Shown piece by piece: positions 9,026 through 19,000 of a stretch of 32,000 bases of DNA (positions within the stretch are counted from its first letter, which is position 1; each line of letters starts with the position of its first letter). The position numbers were made by a program, and so were the translations under genes. The notes under the pieces were generated by a model. It made no database searches. It saw only the letters and a program-made list of their open reading frames with translations, and had not been told where the DNA came from. This DNA is from Zymomonas mobilis subsp. mobilis ATCC 10988. GTDB lineage: Bacteria > Pseudomonadota > Alphaproteobacteria > Sphingomonadales > Sphingomonadaceae. Where the stretch lies: contig NC_017262.1 of assembly GCF_000175255.2 (NCBI RefSeq), positions 240,001 to 272,000 on the forward strand. Reading direction: 5' to 3'.

Positions 9026-9055
9026 TTGTCAGATGGGGGTCAGCTCGGCTATCGA
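9026..9055 (+). promoter_or_regulatory. Candidate sigma-70-type promoter for the tRNA gene
   Basis: TTGTCA (9026-9031), 18-nt spacer, TATCGA (9050-9055). This would place +1 a few nt upstream of tRNA position 1 (9072). The -10 match is weak. Confidence 0.3.
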
Positions 9056-9071
9056 GCAGCCTTAGAAGGTG

Positions 9072-9146
9072 GGGCCTGTAGCTCAACGGTAGAGCCGGCC
9101 GCTCATAACGGCTAGGTTGCGGGTTCGATTCCTGCCGGGCCCACCA
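9072..9146 (+). tRNA. tRNA with CAT anticodon (elongator Met or lysidine-modified Ile2)
   Basis: Folds by eye. Acceptor GGGCCTG/CGGGCCC with encoded A-CCA; D-stem GCTC/GAGC; anticodon stem GGCCG/CGGCT with loop CTCATAA (anticodon CAT); T-arm GCGGG-TTCGATT-CCTGC. Confidence 0.95.
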
Positions 9147-9294
9147 TTCATTTTCTTGGTCTTTATGCGACCCGCTATAAAATCCCATATCAACAGCCCC
9201 ATTGCCTTTAGGCTGTCTGTTTTGCCTTATTTCCCGTGATAAAAGGGCTATAGTCTGCCTTTAGTGATTTTTGGGAATGGCAGAATAACGATCC

Positions 9295-11682
9295 ATGGAA
9301 AACAGCCTGCATCTTTATGGAATATCAATCGCCTTAGGGGTGTCATTGCTGGCTGTCCTCTGGGGCATTGCCCTCTATTTTTTTCTGAATGCGCTCCATA
9401 AGATGAAAGAGGCGCAGGCGATTATCCGTCGCTTTCATCCACTTAAAAATATTTATGACACGGCACCCGTTCATGCCCTTGTCATCCATAATCAAAAAAT
9501 ATCCGCTCTTAATCCTAAAAGCTCGGCTTATCTCGGATTAGAAGACATACCGTCCTCACCGGATATCTTTTTTTATTCATGGCTTGATGACGATTCAGCC
9601 CAAATTCTTGCCCATCATCTCGATATCTTGGCGAAAACAGGGCGCGCTTTTCATTGTCATGTGCATCATAAAATGGACCAGCGTCTTTTCAAAATTGATG
9701 GTCAGATTTTACAACAATCTTCCCGCGATATCATTCTCTGGATAGGCGATATTACCCAAGAGGCTGACCGTCAAAAGGCCTTGGCCTTTCAGGCACAACA
9801 ATCGGGACAGGCTTTACAGGCGTTATCGTCTCTTTTTGAGGTGATGCCTTTTCCAATATGGTATCGGAATGCCGCGTTACAGCTACAGATGGTCAACCAA
9901 TCTTATGTAACAGCGGTCGAAAGTCCATCAGCCAGAGAGGTTATCACCCGCAATATCGAGCTAACAGAAGGCAAGGGGGCTAATAATCCGGTTTCTTTTG
10001 CGGAAAAGGCACTAGAGACAAAATCCATGCAAAGTCGCCTTTCGCCGGTGATCTTGTCGGGGACACGGCGAATGATGCGCTTAACGGATATTCCCTTACC
10101 AACGGGTGCCGTTGCGGGATATGCACTTGATGTCGAAGCCTTGGAAGAAGCCAAAGCTGAAATGGGACGTTTCTTACAAGCACAGCGCCATATCCTCGAT
10201 CAGCTTTCCGCTGGTGTTGCCCAGTTCAATGCCGAACAAAATTTAGTCTTTGCGAATGAGCCTTTCCGGCATCTTTTTGCGCTGAAAGCCGAATGGCTTA
10301 CCGACCATCCTGAATTTGACCGTGTGCTTGAAAGAATGCGGGAAGCTGGACGGCTGCCGGCGGCGCATGACTTTCCCGCATGGAAAGCAGAAAGACGGCA
10401 ATGGTTTTTATCCCATAACAATGCTTTGGAAGAAAACTGGCTGTTGATGGATGGCTCCCATCTTCGGGTCATTACCCAACCTACACCGGACGGCGGATTA
10501 TTACTGATTTTTGAAGATCGGACAGAACAGGTTCGTTTGACCTCGGCACATGATATTATGCTTCGCGTCCGAACTGCCAGTTTTGATAAACTCTTTGAAG
10601 CCATTGGCGTTTTTGCTTCTGATGGGCGATTAAATCTCTGGAATACCCGTTTCACCGATATTTGGCAGATTGATGAAAAATGGCTCTCGACACATCCACG
10701 GGTTGACGATTTAGCCCAGAAAACCCGCCTTCGTTTAGAAAATACCGAGCATAGCCACTATATCAGTGATGCCATTCGGATGACGATGATCGAGAGGCAA
10801 CCCAAACATGGGCATATCGCCTTTATCGACCAACAGCATTTCAATTTTTCGACTATTCCCTTGCCAGACGGTAACATCCTTCTGACGATGTTGGATGTGA
10901 CTGATAGCTGGCGAATGGAACGCGCTCTTCGTGACCGAAATGAAGCTTTGGAAGCCGCGGACAGGTTAAAAACCGATTTTGTCGCCAATATGAGCTACGA
11001 ACTCAGAACGCCCTTGACCTCTATCAGTGGTTTTGCCGAAATGCTGGCGCAAGGCTATTGCGGCGATTTATCCCAAATGGCGAATGATTATGTCGCAGCC
11101 ATTCTTGATGCCGTTGCACGATTAAGCACTCTTATTGACGATATTCTCGACTTAACTTTGCTTGAATCCGGTAATCTTGAGCTTGATCGACAGAATGTTG
11201 ACATCAAACCCCTTCTTCAAGATATGGCAACCGCTCTCACCAAAAGAGCAGAAGAGCTAGGTATCCATTTTGAAATCAAACTGGATGACAATCTCGGGAT
11301 GATCGAAAGTGATCCGCAGCGTCTCTCCCGTGCGATCAACCATATGTTACTGATTGCGCTTGCCCGCAATCCGCGCGGCGGCACAGTGCAGTTACAGGCT
11401 TCTGGGGCAGGTGACCATATCGCGATTGTCATCGTCGATGACGCTGATATTCTGTCTTCTTCTCGACAAGGGAGTGTGGAATCCTCTTTATCTGATCCGA
11501 TCTTTGACCATTTTTCCGAATATGGCCAATCCGTTCGCGGCGGTAAGGGAAGCAGCAGTATCGCGATCCCGCTTATTCGCCGTTTTATTGCTTTGCATGG
11601 CGGATCAATTCATATTGATTCAAATCATAACCAGAAGACACATTTCATTATTACCTTGCCGCGCCATGTGCCTGCTTTGTAA
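9295..11682 (+). CDS. divL: DivL-like atypical histidine kinase (tyrosine kinase-like) with N-terminal TM, PAS-like regions, DHp and degenerate CA domain
   Basis: 795 aa. DHp motif FVANMSYELRTPLTSISGFAEML has Tyr568 (codon TAC at 10996-10998) where histidine kinases have His. N-terminal TM segment. It is followed by tsaE, a nucleotidyltransferase, addB, addA and trxA, as is typical of divL loci in alphaproteobacteria. Confidence 0.85.
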   Translation: MENSLHLYGISIALGVSLLAVLWGIALYFFLNALHKMKEAQAIIRRFHPLKNIYDTAPVHALVIHNQKISALNPKSSAYLGLEDIPSSPDIFFYSWLDDDSAQILAHHLDILAKTGRAFHCHVHHKMDQRLFKIDGQILQQSSRDIILWIGDITQEADRQKALAFQAQQSGQALQALSSLFEVMPFPIWYRNAALQLQMVNQSYVTAVESPSAREVITRNIELTEGKGANNPVSFAEKALETKSMQSRLSPVILSGTRRMMRLTDIPLPTGAVAGYALDVEALEEAKAEMGRFLQAQRHILDQLSAGVAQFNAEQNLVFANEPFRHLFALKAEWLTDHPEFDRVLERMREAGRLPAAHDFPAWKAERRQWFLSHNNALEENWLLMDGSHLRVITQPTPDGGLLLIFEDRTEQVRLTSAHDIMLRVRTASFDKLFEAIGVFASDGRLNLWNTRFTDIWQIDEKWLSTHPRVDDLAQKTRLRLENTEHSHYISDAIRMTMIERQPKHGHIAFIDQQHFNFSTIPLPDGNILLTMLDVTDSWRMERALRDRNEALEAADRLKTDFVANMSYELRTPLTSISGFAEMLAQGYCGDLSQMANDYVAAILDAVARLSTLIDDILDLTLLESGNLELDRQNVDIKPLLQDMATALTKRAEELGIHFEIKLDDNLGMIESDPQRLSRAINHMLLIALARNPRGGTVQLQASGAGDHIAIVIVDDADILSSSRQGSVESSLSDPIFDHFSEYGQSVRGGKGSSSIAIPLIRRFIALHGGSIHIDSNHNQKTHFIITLPRHVPAL

Positions 11683-11716
11683 GAAATATGTAGCCTTCCT
11701 AGACGATAGTAAAAAG

Positions 11717-12190
11717 ATGACCATACAGGAAATAATTCTGGCAGATGCCGCCGCCACCGAAGAAGCGGGGCGTTATCTGGGACGATCTCTTCAAACCGGT
11801 GATATCATTACCCTTTCCGGTGATCTCGGTGCAGGTAAAACCAGTCTGGCGCGGGGTATTTTAAGCGAATTAGGCTTTCAGGAAGAAGTCCCTTCGCCCA
11901 GTTTCGCGCTGATGATTGATTATGAGCCCCCAGAAGTCAGTCTGCCTGTTGCCCATGTCGATTTATATCGCCTCGATAATCCCGAAGATATTCAGGAATT
12001 AGGTCTCGATGAATTCGCTTTTTACGGGGCTTTGCTCGTAGAATGGCCAGAAAGATTGGGACAGGTTATCGACCAAATATGGCCTGATCGGCTGGCTTTG
12101 CATCTGGATATTCTCGAAGATAACCGGCGGCGGCTGACATGGCAGCGTCCCAGCTATTGGGAAAATCGCTGGCCACCGCTCGAATATTGA
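11717..12190 (+). CDS. tsaE: tRNA (adenosine(37)-N6)-threonylcarbamoyltransferase complex ATPase subunit TsaE
   Basis: 157 aa from the ATG at 11717, in frame with the over-extended track ORF 11354-12190. Walker A GDLGAGKTSLARGIL, then SPSFALMIDYE, HVDLYRL and LVEWPERL are all TsaE hallmarks. Confidence 0.92.
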   Translation: MTIQEIILADAAATEEAGRYLGRSLQTGDIITLSGDLGAGKTSLARGILSELGFQEEVPSPSFALMIDYEPPEVSLPVAHVDLYRLDNPEDIQELGLDEFAFYGALLVEWPERLGQVIDQIWPDRLALHLDILEDNRRRLTWQRPSYWENRWPPLEY

Positions 12191-12265
12191 TAAATGATTT
12201 TAAGACGGCCGCGACTTTGCTAGAAGCCGCTCATCTTCATTTCAGGTAGGGGGCAGGAGAAAAGA

Positions 12266-13027
12266 ATGAAAAGCTTGAGTAAGACGATAACGTTTAAAAA
12301 CAAAAAGCCGCAAAGCCTTATCCGCACGGCGATGATTCTGGCTGCCGGTTTTGGTAAACGGATGCGCCCCCTAACGGCAACCCGTCCGAAACCCTTGGTT
12401 GAAGTCGGCGGCAAGCCTTTGATCGACCACGCCCTTGATCATCTCAAGGAAAGCGGCATCACTCGTGTTGTCGTCAACACCCATTATATGAGCGAACCTT
12501 TGGAAGCGCATCTGCGCCATACTGCCAAAGATTTCGATCTCCAGATTTCCCGTGAAGAAGACGCACTTCTAGAAACCGGCGGCGGCATCAAAAAGGCCTT
12601 GCCCCTTATTCAAGATGATCTCTTTCTGGTTATCAGCAGTGACAATTTCTGGCTTGATGGCACGGCCAATTCCATTGAACTTCTGACCCATCATTGGGAT
12701 GATGAAAAGATGGATGCTTTGTTGTTACTGGTGCCGTTATCTCACGCTGATTGCTATAATGGGCAGGGTGATTTCCATATGAATGGTATGGGACAAATCC
12801 AGCCTAAAATTCCGGGTAAAGTCGCACCTTTTGTTTTCAGCGGCATCCAGATTATGTCCAAACGCTTTTTGGAAAATACGCCGGACGGTGCTTTCCGTAG
12901 CCAATATATCCGCGATCAGGCGATGAACAAAGGCCGCTTATATGGCTTGGTGCATGATGGTATCTGGTTTGATGTCAGCACGCCCAAAGCCGTCAAGGTA
13001 ACCGACACCATTCTTAGACGCGGTTAA
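12266..13027 (+). CDS. murU: Nucleotidyltransferase, MurU / mannose-1-phosphate guanylyltransferase-like
   Basis: 253 aa. MILAAGFGKRMRPLTATRPKPLVEVGGKPLIDHALDHL is the sugar-1-P nucleotidyltransferase signature, and the locus context matches MurU orthologs. The symbol is tentative. Confidence 0.78.
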   Translation: MKSLSKTITFKNKKPQSLIRTAMILAAGFGKRMRPLTATRPKPLVEVGGKPLIDHALDHLKESGITRVVVNTHYMSEPLEAHLRHTAKDFDLQISREEDALLETGGGIKKALPLIQDDLFLVISSDNFWLDGTANSIELLTHHWDDEKMDALLLLVPLSHADCYNGQGDFHMNGMGQIQPKIPGKVAPFVFSGIQIMSKRFLENTPDGAFRSQYIRDQAMNKGRLYGLVHDGIWFDVSTPKAVKVTDTILRRG

Positions 13028-13029
13028 TT

Positions 13030-16017
13030 TTGAATATGCTGGAAAAATCCCGTCTCTTTACGATACCTTTTCATCGTTCTTTTGCCGATGCCTTGGTCGA
13101 AGGCCTGATCAAGCGCTATGACGATCCAATGACATTGGCACAGGGATTGATCCTGCTACCCAATAACCGTTCCATTCGGGCTATAACAGAAGCCTTTGTG
13201 CGCCAGTCGTCTTCCGGCCTGTTATTACCCCGAATGGTGCCCGTCGGGGATCCTCTCTTGGATGATCGGCTGGGTGCTTTTCTTGATCCGGTCGATATGA
13301 TCGATCCGTTACCACCGGCGATCCCGCCTTTGGAACGGCATTTCCGATTAACCCGTCTTGTTAAAAAGGTAATGCAAAAACAGGGGCGAACTATTGCCGT
13401 TCCTGAAGCTCATCGTCTGGCCGAAGAATTGGCACTGACCTTGGATCAGTTGATGGCGGCAGAGATTGACCCTGAACAACTGACCCAGTTAATCGACCCT
13501 ATGGCCGAAGAAGAGCTTGCCCGCCATTGGCAGGCTTCTTTAAAATTGCTTGAATGTATTATTACCGAATGGCCGGAAGAGCTTAAAAAAACGGGACAGA
13601 TTGAAAGTCAGGAACGCCGGAACCGACTACTGGATCGCCTCGCTGACAGATGGCAAACACAGCCACCCAGTGAAAAACCGATTATTGCCGCTGGTGCGAT
13701 TACAGGATCACCGGTTTCTGCCCGTTTGTTGCGTGTTATCTCGGAAATGGAAGATGGGCTTGTTGTTCTCCCCGGCCTTGATAACAACATGTCAGACGAA
13801 GAGTGGCAGTTATTAGGCCCTCATGAACGCGATCCCGATACGGGCATTAAACAGCCTTCGCTCGAAAGCCATCCGCAATTCCAGTTAAAATTATTACTGG
13901 ACAGGATGGGTGTTGACCGGAAGGAAGTGATAGAATGGGATCCGCCGAAAAATTATCATCCAGATAACCGTGAACAGGCCATTCGTCATGTTATGGCTCC
14001 GGCGCGCTATACTGATCGCTGGCGTAGTCTTCCTGAAAAAGAACGGGCTTTCCCCAATTTATCCGTTATTGAAACGGCGCATCCCGAAGAAGAAGCCCAA
14101 GTCATCGCTTTGGCGTTGAGGGAGGCCGTTGAAGAAAAAGGCCAGACGGCGGCCTTGGTAACGCCTGATCGGGCTTTGGCCATTAGGGTCTCTGCTCTAT
14201 TAAAGCGCTTTGGCATTGATGCCGATGATAGTGCAGGGCGACCGTTATCGCTTACCCCTCCCGGATTATTACTGCTTGATCTGGTTTCGCTCGCTGCCGA
14301 TCATTTTTCGGCCGTAAGTTTCCTCGCAATAGCCAAGCATCCTCTGGTCGCCTTTGGTGAAGATCGCGATTTATGGCGCGATCATATTCGCAGCCTTGAT
14401 ATGATTTTACGGGGGCCTCTTTTAAGAAATGGTCTGGCCGGAATTACGGCCAAAATTAAGGAAGCGGTCGATCATCAAACAGCCGATCCCGAATTACTGG
14501 AATGGTGGGAAAAGACTAAAATACCCTTTCAAGCGCTCGATCAGCAATTTCAGACGGTGTTGCCCCTTACTAAAATTGTTAAAATTTTGCGGGAAACGGC
14601 GAACCAAATTGCCGGTGAAAAAATATGGGCAGAGGCTGCGGGGCATTTGGCCGCCGATTTGATTGCCGAAATTGAATCTTTAGCGGCTGACCATAACGAA
14701 GATATGCGTTTTTCCGATTTTGCGCATGTACTGCGGCAATTAATGGATAAACAAGCGGTCAGACCGATGACCGGTGGCCATCCTCGTATTTTTATCTGGG
14801 GTTTGATAGAAGCCCGCTTGCAACATGCCGATTTAATGATCGCAGCCAGTCTGAATGAAACGGTTTGGCCACCGATCAAGGAAGCCGACCCGTGGCTTGC
14901 GCCCCGAATTCGTTCTGAACTCGGTTTACCGGGGCTAGAATTACGAATTGGTATTGCCGCCCATGATTTCTCTTCGGTTTTGGGGGCTAAAAAAATATTG
15001 CTAACCCGTGCCAGACGCGATGCCAGAGCGCCAACCATGCCATCGCGTTTTTGGTTGCGGTTGGAAGCCATGGCCTCCAACTTGCACCATGCCGATAATC
15101 TTCCTTATTGGGCGCGACAGCTCGATGAACCACAGGGTTTTAGACCTGTCACAAGGCCAGCCCCTAATCCCCCTGTTTTAGATCGCCCGAAACGTATCGC
15201 CGTTACGCGCTTCGACAGTCTGCAATCTGATCCTTATAGCTATTATGCCAGCAATATCTTGGGCTTAAGAAAACTTGATCCCGTTGATGCTGAACCCACG
15301 GCGGCGTGGCGTGGGAGCCTTATTCACAGTATTCTTGAAAATTGGGTTAAGGAAGATAACAGCCGCATCGGGAAATTAAAACCGCGAGCTTTGGCTTTCT
15401 TGGAATCCATTAACGCCCATATTATCCAGAAAACGCTTTGGTTACCGCGATTATTACAAGCGATAGACTGGATTGAGGGGGAGGTTCAGAAAAATGCTGC
15501 TGAAGGACGCACAATCCTTGATGTGGAAAGGGAAGGTCGCTCCCAGATAAACGGTATCGAATTATTTGGCTTTGTTGACCGTATCGATCGCATGGGAGAC
15601 GGCTCTCTCGCCATTGTTGATTATAAAACAGGAACACCGCCATCGGCGGCCGCGGTCAAAAATGGCGATATGTTGCAGCTTGTTCTTTTGGGGCTTTTGA
15701 TCGAACATAACGGCATAAAAGATATCAAAGGGCAGGTAAGCGCCTTTGAATATTGGTCAATGGCGCAGGATCTAAAAAAGAAAACGGCGGGCTATTCTCG
15801 CTCTGTATTGGGAAGCGGTAAGAATGCTCTGTTGCCAGAAGATTTTCTGAATATGGCCGAAGAACGCTTTATTCGCGTTACAAATGACTATCTTCATAAC
15901 CAAACGCCTTTTACAGCACGCCCCCATCGCGGCAAAAAACTTTATGACGATTATGTCCAACTCATGCGTTTTGATGAATGGCGCAGTAATCCCCAATCCA
16001 AACCGGCGCAGAATTAA
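13030..16017 (+). CDS. addB: Double-strand break repair protein AddB, alphaproteobacterial type
   Basis: About 995 aa, directly followed by addA. C-terminal RecB-like nuclease motif ELFGFVDRIDRMGDGSLAIVDYKTGTPP. The true start is TTG 13030 or ATG 13036. Confidence 0.9.
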   Translation: MNMLEKSRLFTIPFHRSFADALVEGLIKRYDDPMTLAQGLILLPNNRSIRAITEAFVRQSSSGLLLPRMVPVGDPLLDDRLGAFLDPVDMIDPLPPAIPPLERHFRLTRLVKKVMQKQGRTIAVPEAHRLAEELALTLDQLMAAEIDPEQLTQLIDPMAEEELARHWQASLKLLECIITEWPEELKKTGQIESQERRNRLLDRLADRWQTQPPSEKPIIAAGAITGSPVSARLLRVISEMEDGLVVLPGLDNNMSDEEWQLLGPHERDPDTGIKQPSLESHPQFQLKLLLDRMGVDRKEVIEWDPPKNYHPDNREQAIRHVMAPARYTDRWRSLPEKERAFPNLSVIETAHPEEEAQVIALALREAVEEKGQTAALVTPDRALAIRVSALLKRFGIDADDSAGRPLSLTPPGLLLLDLVSLAADHFSAVSFLAIAKHPLVAFGEDRDLWRDHIRSLDMILRGPLLRNGLAGITAKIKEAVDHQTADPELLEWWEKTKIPFQALDQQFQTVLPLTKIVKILRETANQIAGEKIWAEAAGHLAADLIAEIESLAADHNEDMRFSDFAHVLRQLMDKQAVRPMTGGHPRIFIWGLIEARLQHADLMIAASLNETVWPPIKEADPWLAPRIRSELGLPGLELRIGIAAHDFSSVLGAKKILLTRARRDARAPTMPSRFWLRLEAMASNLHHADNLPYWARQLDEPQGFRPVTRPAPNPPVLDRPKRIAVTRFDSLQSDPYSYYASNILGLRKLDPVDAEPTAAWRGSLIHSILENWVKEDNSRIGKLKPRALAFLESINAHIIQKTLWLPRLLQAIDWIEGEVQKNAAEGRTILDVEREGRSQINGIELFGFVDRIDRMGDGSLAIVDYKTGTPPSAAAVKNGDMLQLVLLGLLIEHNGIKDIKGQVSAFEYWSMAQDLKKKTAGYSRSVLGSGKNALLPEDFLNMAEERFIRVTNDYLHNQTPFTARPHRGKKLYDDYVQLMRFDEWRSNPQSKPAQN

Positions 16018-16026
16018 GGGAATTCT

Positions 16027-19000
16027 ATGGCTCATCCACAGCGATTAATGCCTTTGGAGGCAGAACAGCTTCAGGCATCCGATCCTAAAGGGAATATATG
16101 GCTGTCGGCTTCTGCTGGGACGGGGAAAACGCATGTTCTGACCGCACGGGTTCTCCGGCTTCTTTTAAATCGTGCAGCACCAGAAAGCATCCTTTGCCTG
16201 ACCTTCACTAAGGCAGGGGCTGCTGAAATGTCAGAGCGTATCAATCAACGACTGGCAAAATGGGTCATTCAGCTAAACGATGATGAGTTAAGAGAAGAAT
16301 TACAGGCTTTGGGGGCGCGTTACGATCGGGATACGCTGGCTTTAGCGCGAACGCTGTTTGCGCGGGTGCTGGATGCGACGGGTGGCTTGCGGATACAAAC
16401 GATACACAGCTTTTGCCAATCCTTGCTGACAGCTTTCCCAGTCGAGGCGGGGCTTATACCGGGATTCCAGCTAATCGAAGGGCGAGAAGAGGCGACAGAG
16501 GCCAAAAAGACACTGACCCGAATACTCGATCATCAAACACCACCTTATCATATCAAAGACGATGATATCGCTTTATTGGCTGAAAAACTCGGTGAACAGG
16601 GTGCCGAAGATTATATCTATCAATGCCGTTTCCATGCTTTCGCTTTCAATAATTTAGGGGTGGCGATTGAAAGTCGGGTAAAACGCGCGCTGGATTTGCC
16701 TTTTTCAGACATCAATCAGGCTTTGGAAGAAGCCTGCGATGACGATCATTTTGATTTTGCGCTTCTTCGACAGATCGCCGAAGCTAATGAAAAATGGGAC
16801 ACAGCGACTGCCCATAAAAATCTGGCCATTATTCAGGATTTTGTTGCGGCTTCTCCCGCTGACAGGCTGGCAAGCCTTGGTGATTTCCAAAGCTTGGTCT
16901 TAACGCAAAAAGGGGAATTGAAAAAAGCACCGACTGGTATCACGAAAAAAATCGCGCCTGAATATGAAGAATGGATGATCGCTCTTAGCAAGGCGATTCA
17001 CCAGATTATCAGCCTAAAAAAACGCCATGAATTTTCGCAATTCGCGATAGCGGCACTTCGTACTGGACAAGCCTATAGTCAGGCATGGCAACAGACCAAG
17101 AAAGAATCAGGTCTGGTCGATTTCAACGACATGATTGAAACCAGTGTTGCCTTACTTCGGACGCCGGGTATTGGTGAATGGGTGCGCTATAAACTGGATC
17201 GGACAACCGATCATATTCTGGTTGATGAAGCGCAAGACACCAATATTTTTCAATGGGCTATTATCTCAGCTTTGGCCGAAGATTTCTTCTCGGGTGAAAG
17301 TGCAAAATCCGTTGAAGCCTCTCGCAGTATTTTTGCGGTTGGTGACTTTAAACAGGCCATTTATGGCTTCCAAGGCACTGATCCTCAGGCCTTTGTTGAT
17401 GCTCGTGATTATTTTAATGACAAATCTCAGGGCAGTGGACGGGAAATTCTCGATCTGTCTTTAAACCGTTCTTTCCGGTCAACTCCGCCTATTCTGGCAA
17501 TAGTCGATCAAATGCTGGCCGATATTGAAAGCAGTTGCGGCGGCATTGGTATTAGTCAGCAAGCCCTGCAACCCCATCAATCAGCAAGGTCTGATCTGGG
17601 CGGAAGCGTTGTCTTATGGCAACCAATCTCTGATTATCAGGAAGAAGGCGAAAATACTTCAGAAGAGACTGACGCAGATGATGAAGAACAACTTGAAAAT
17701 GGCGAATTAGAACTGGCCATTCGCTTGGCACGCCAGATAGAAACTTGGCTTAATCCGAAAACGCCTCTTTATCTGCCTGCTTTAGGACGAAATGCAGCAC
17801 CAAGGGATATCCTTATTCTGGTTCGTAATCGAGGACGGTTGGCCTCTTTGATTGTCGGTTGCCTCCATGCCCAAAAAATTCCAGTCGCGGGTCTCGACCG
17901 TTTGACATTAACCGCGCCCTTGGCTGTCTCTGATTTGTTATCGGCTATTCGCTTTGTGTTACAACCGGATGACGATTTAACCTTGGCCTGTCTGCTGGTT
18001 TCGCCATTGATCGGCTGGGATCAAGAACGCCTTTATAGGCTTGCCGCCAAAAGAGCGAAAAAAGAAAGTCTCTTTGACCGCCTTCGGAAAAGTGAAGCCG
18101 AAAAAGAAACATGGGATATTATTCGGGAATGGCTTTCCAAGGCCGATTTTATTACGCCCTATCGCTTTCTTGAAATGCTGTTGAGCGGGAAGGGTGAAGG
18201 CCGCCGAAAATTGTTGGAAAGGCTTGGCGAAGAGGCGCGCGACCCCATTAACGAATTGCTGAATGCCGCTTTGCTGTTGGAAAGCGAAACAACCCCGTCT
18301 TTTCAGCGTTTTCTCGACTGGTTCGACAGCGGAGATGTCGAAATCAAACGCGACCCATCGGTGCGACAAAATACCGTCCGCATCATGACTGTCCATGGTG
18401 CAAAAGGCCTACAAGCCCCTGTCGTTATCCTCGCTGATGCCACCCGCGATCCGCACCAATCAAACGGCTTCAGAAAAGAAATCATCACTTGGCCACTTGA
18501 TGAGGCAAATGCGCCAATCCCGATGCCTAGTAATGACGATATCGCCTATCTCCCTTCTGATTTTGGGGACATCATCAACGAGAAGAAGGCCAAAGATTTA
18601 CAAGAACATTGGCGGCTTCTCTATGTGGCGGCGACACGTGCCGAAGAATATCTGGTCATCACTGGCCATCTTGGCAGTCGCGCGAAAAACATTCCTCCAA
18701 AGGATAGCTGGTATGCCTGCGCGACTCGCGCTATCACGGCTATAGGTATTGCATGGCAAGAAGACGCTATGTGGCAACAGAAAGCGGTTTACCATTGGGA
18801 AGGCCGCAAAAAAGTTACCGATATACCGAAGAAGCAACCTATCTTTCCTAAAGAGGCTATGCCCTCATGGATCAACAATGAAATACCAGAAGAACCCAAA
18901 CCCGCTTATCCATTAAGACCTTCCGATCTGGTAAAAGATAATACTTCTAACCCGCCTCCTGATGGCGGCTCTATCACGGCTGCAAAGCGAGGGACTCTAT

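Noticed and set aside
8955-9188. Minus-strand 77-aa ORF (...WWARQESNPQPSRYERPALPLSYRPHLLR...)
   Set aside because: It is the antisense translation of the tRNA-CAT gene, a classic spurious ORF.
11354-11716. 5' extension of the tsaE ORF to 278 aa
   Set aside because: It overlaps the end of the divL-like gene in another frame, and the first 121 residues have no TsaE features. ATG at 11717 gives a normal 157-aa TsaE.
14550-15080. 176-aa minus-strand ORF inside addB
   Set aside because: Antisense to AddB coding sequence. No start context or domain, so a chance open frame.
17977-18396. 139-aa minus-strand ORF inside addA
   Set aside because: Antisense shadow ORF within a strongly supported gene.
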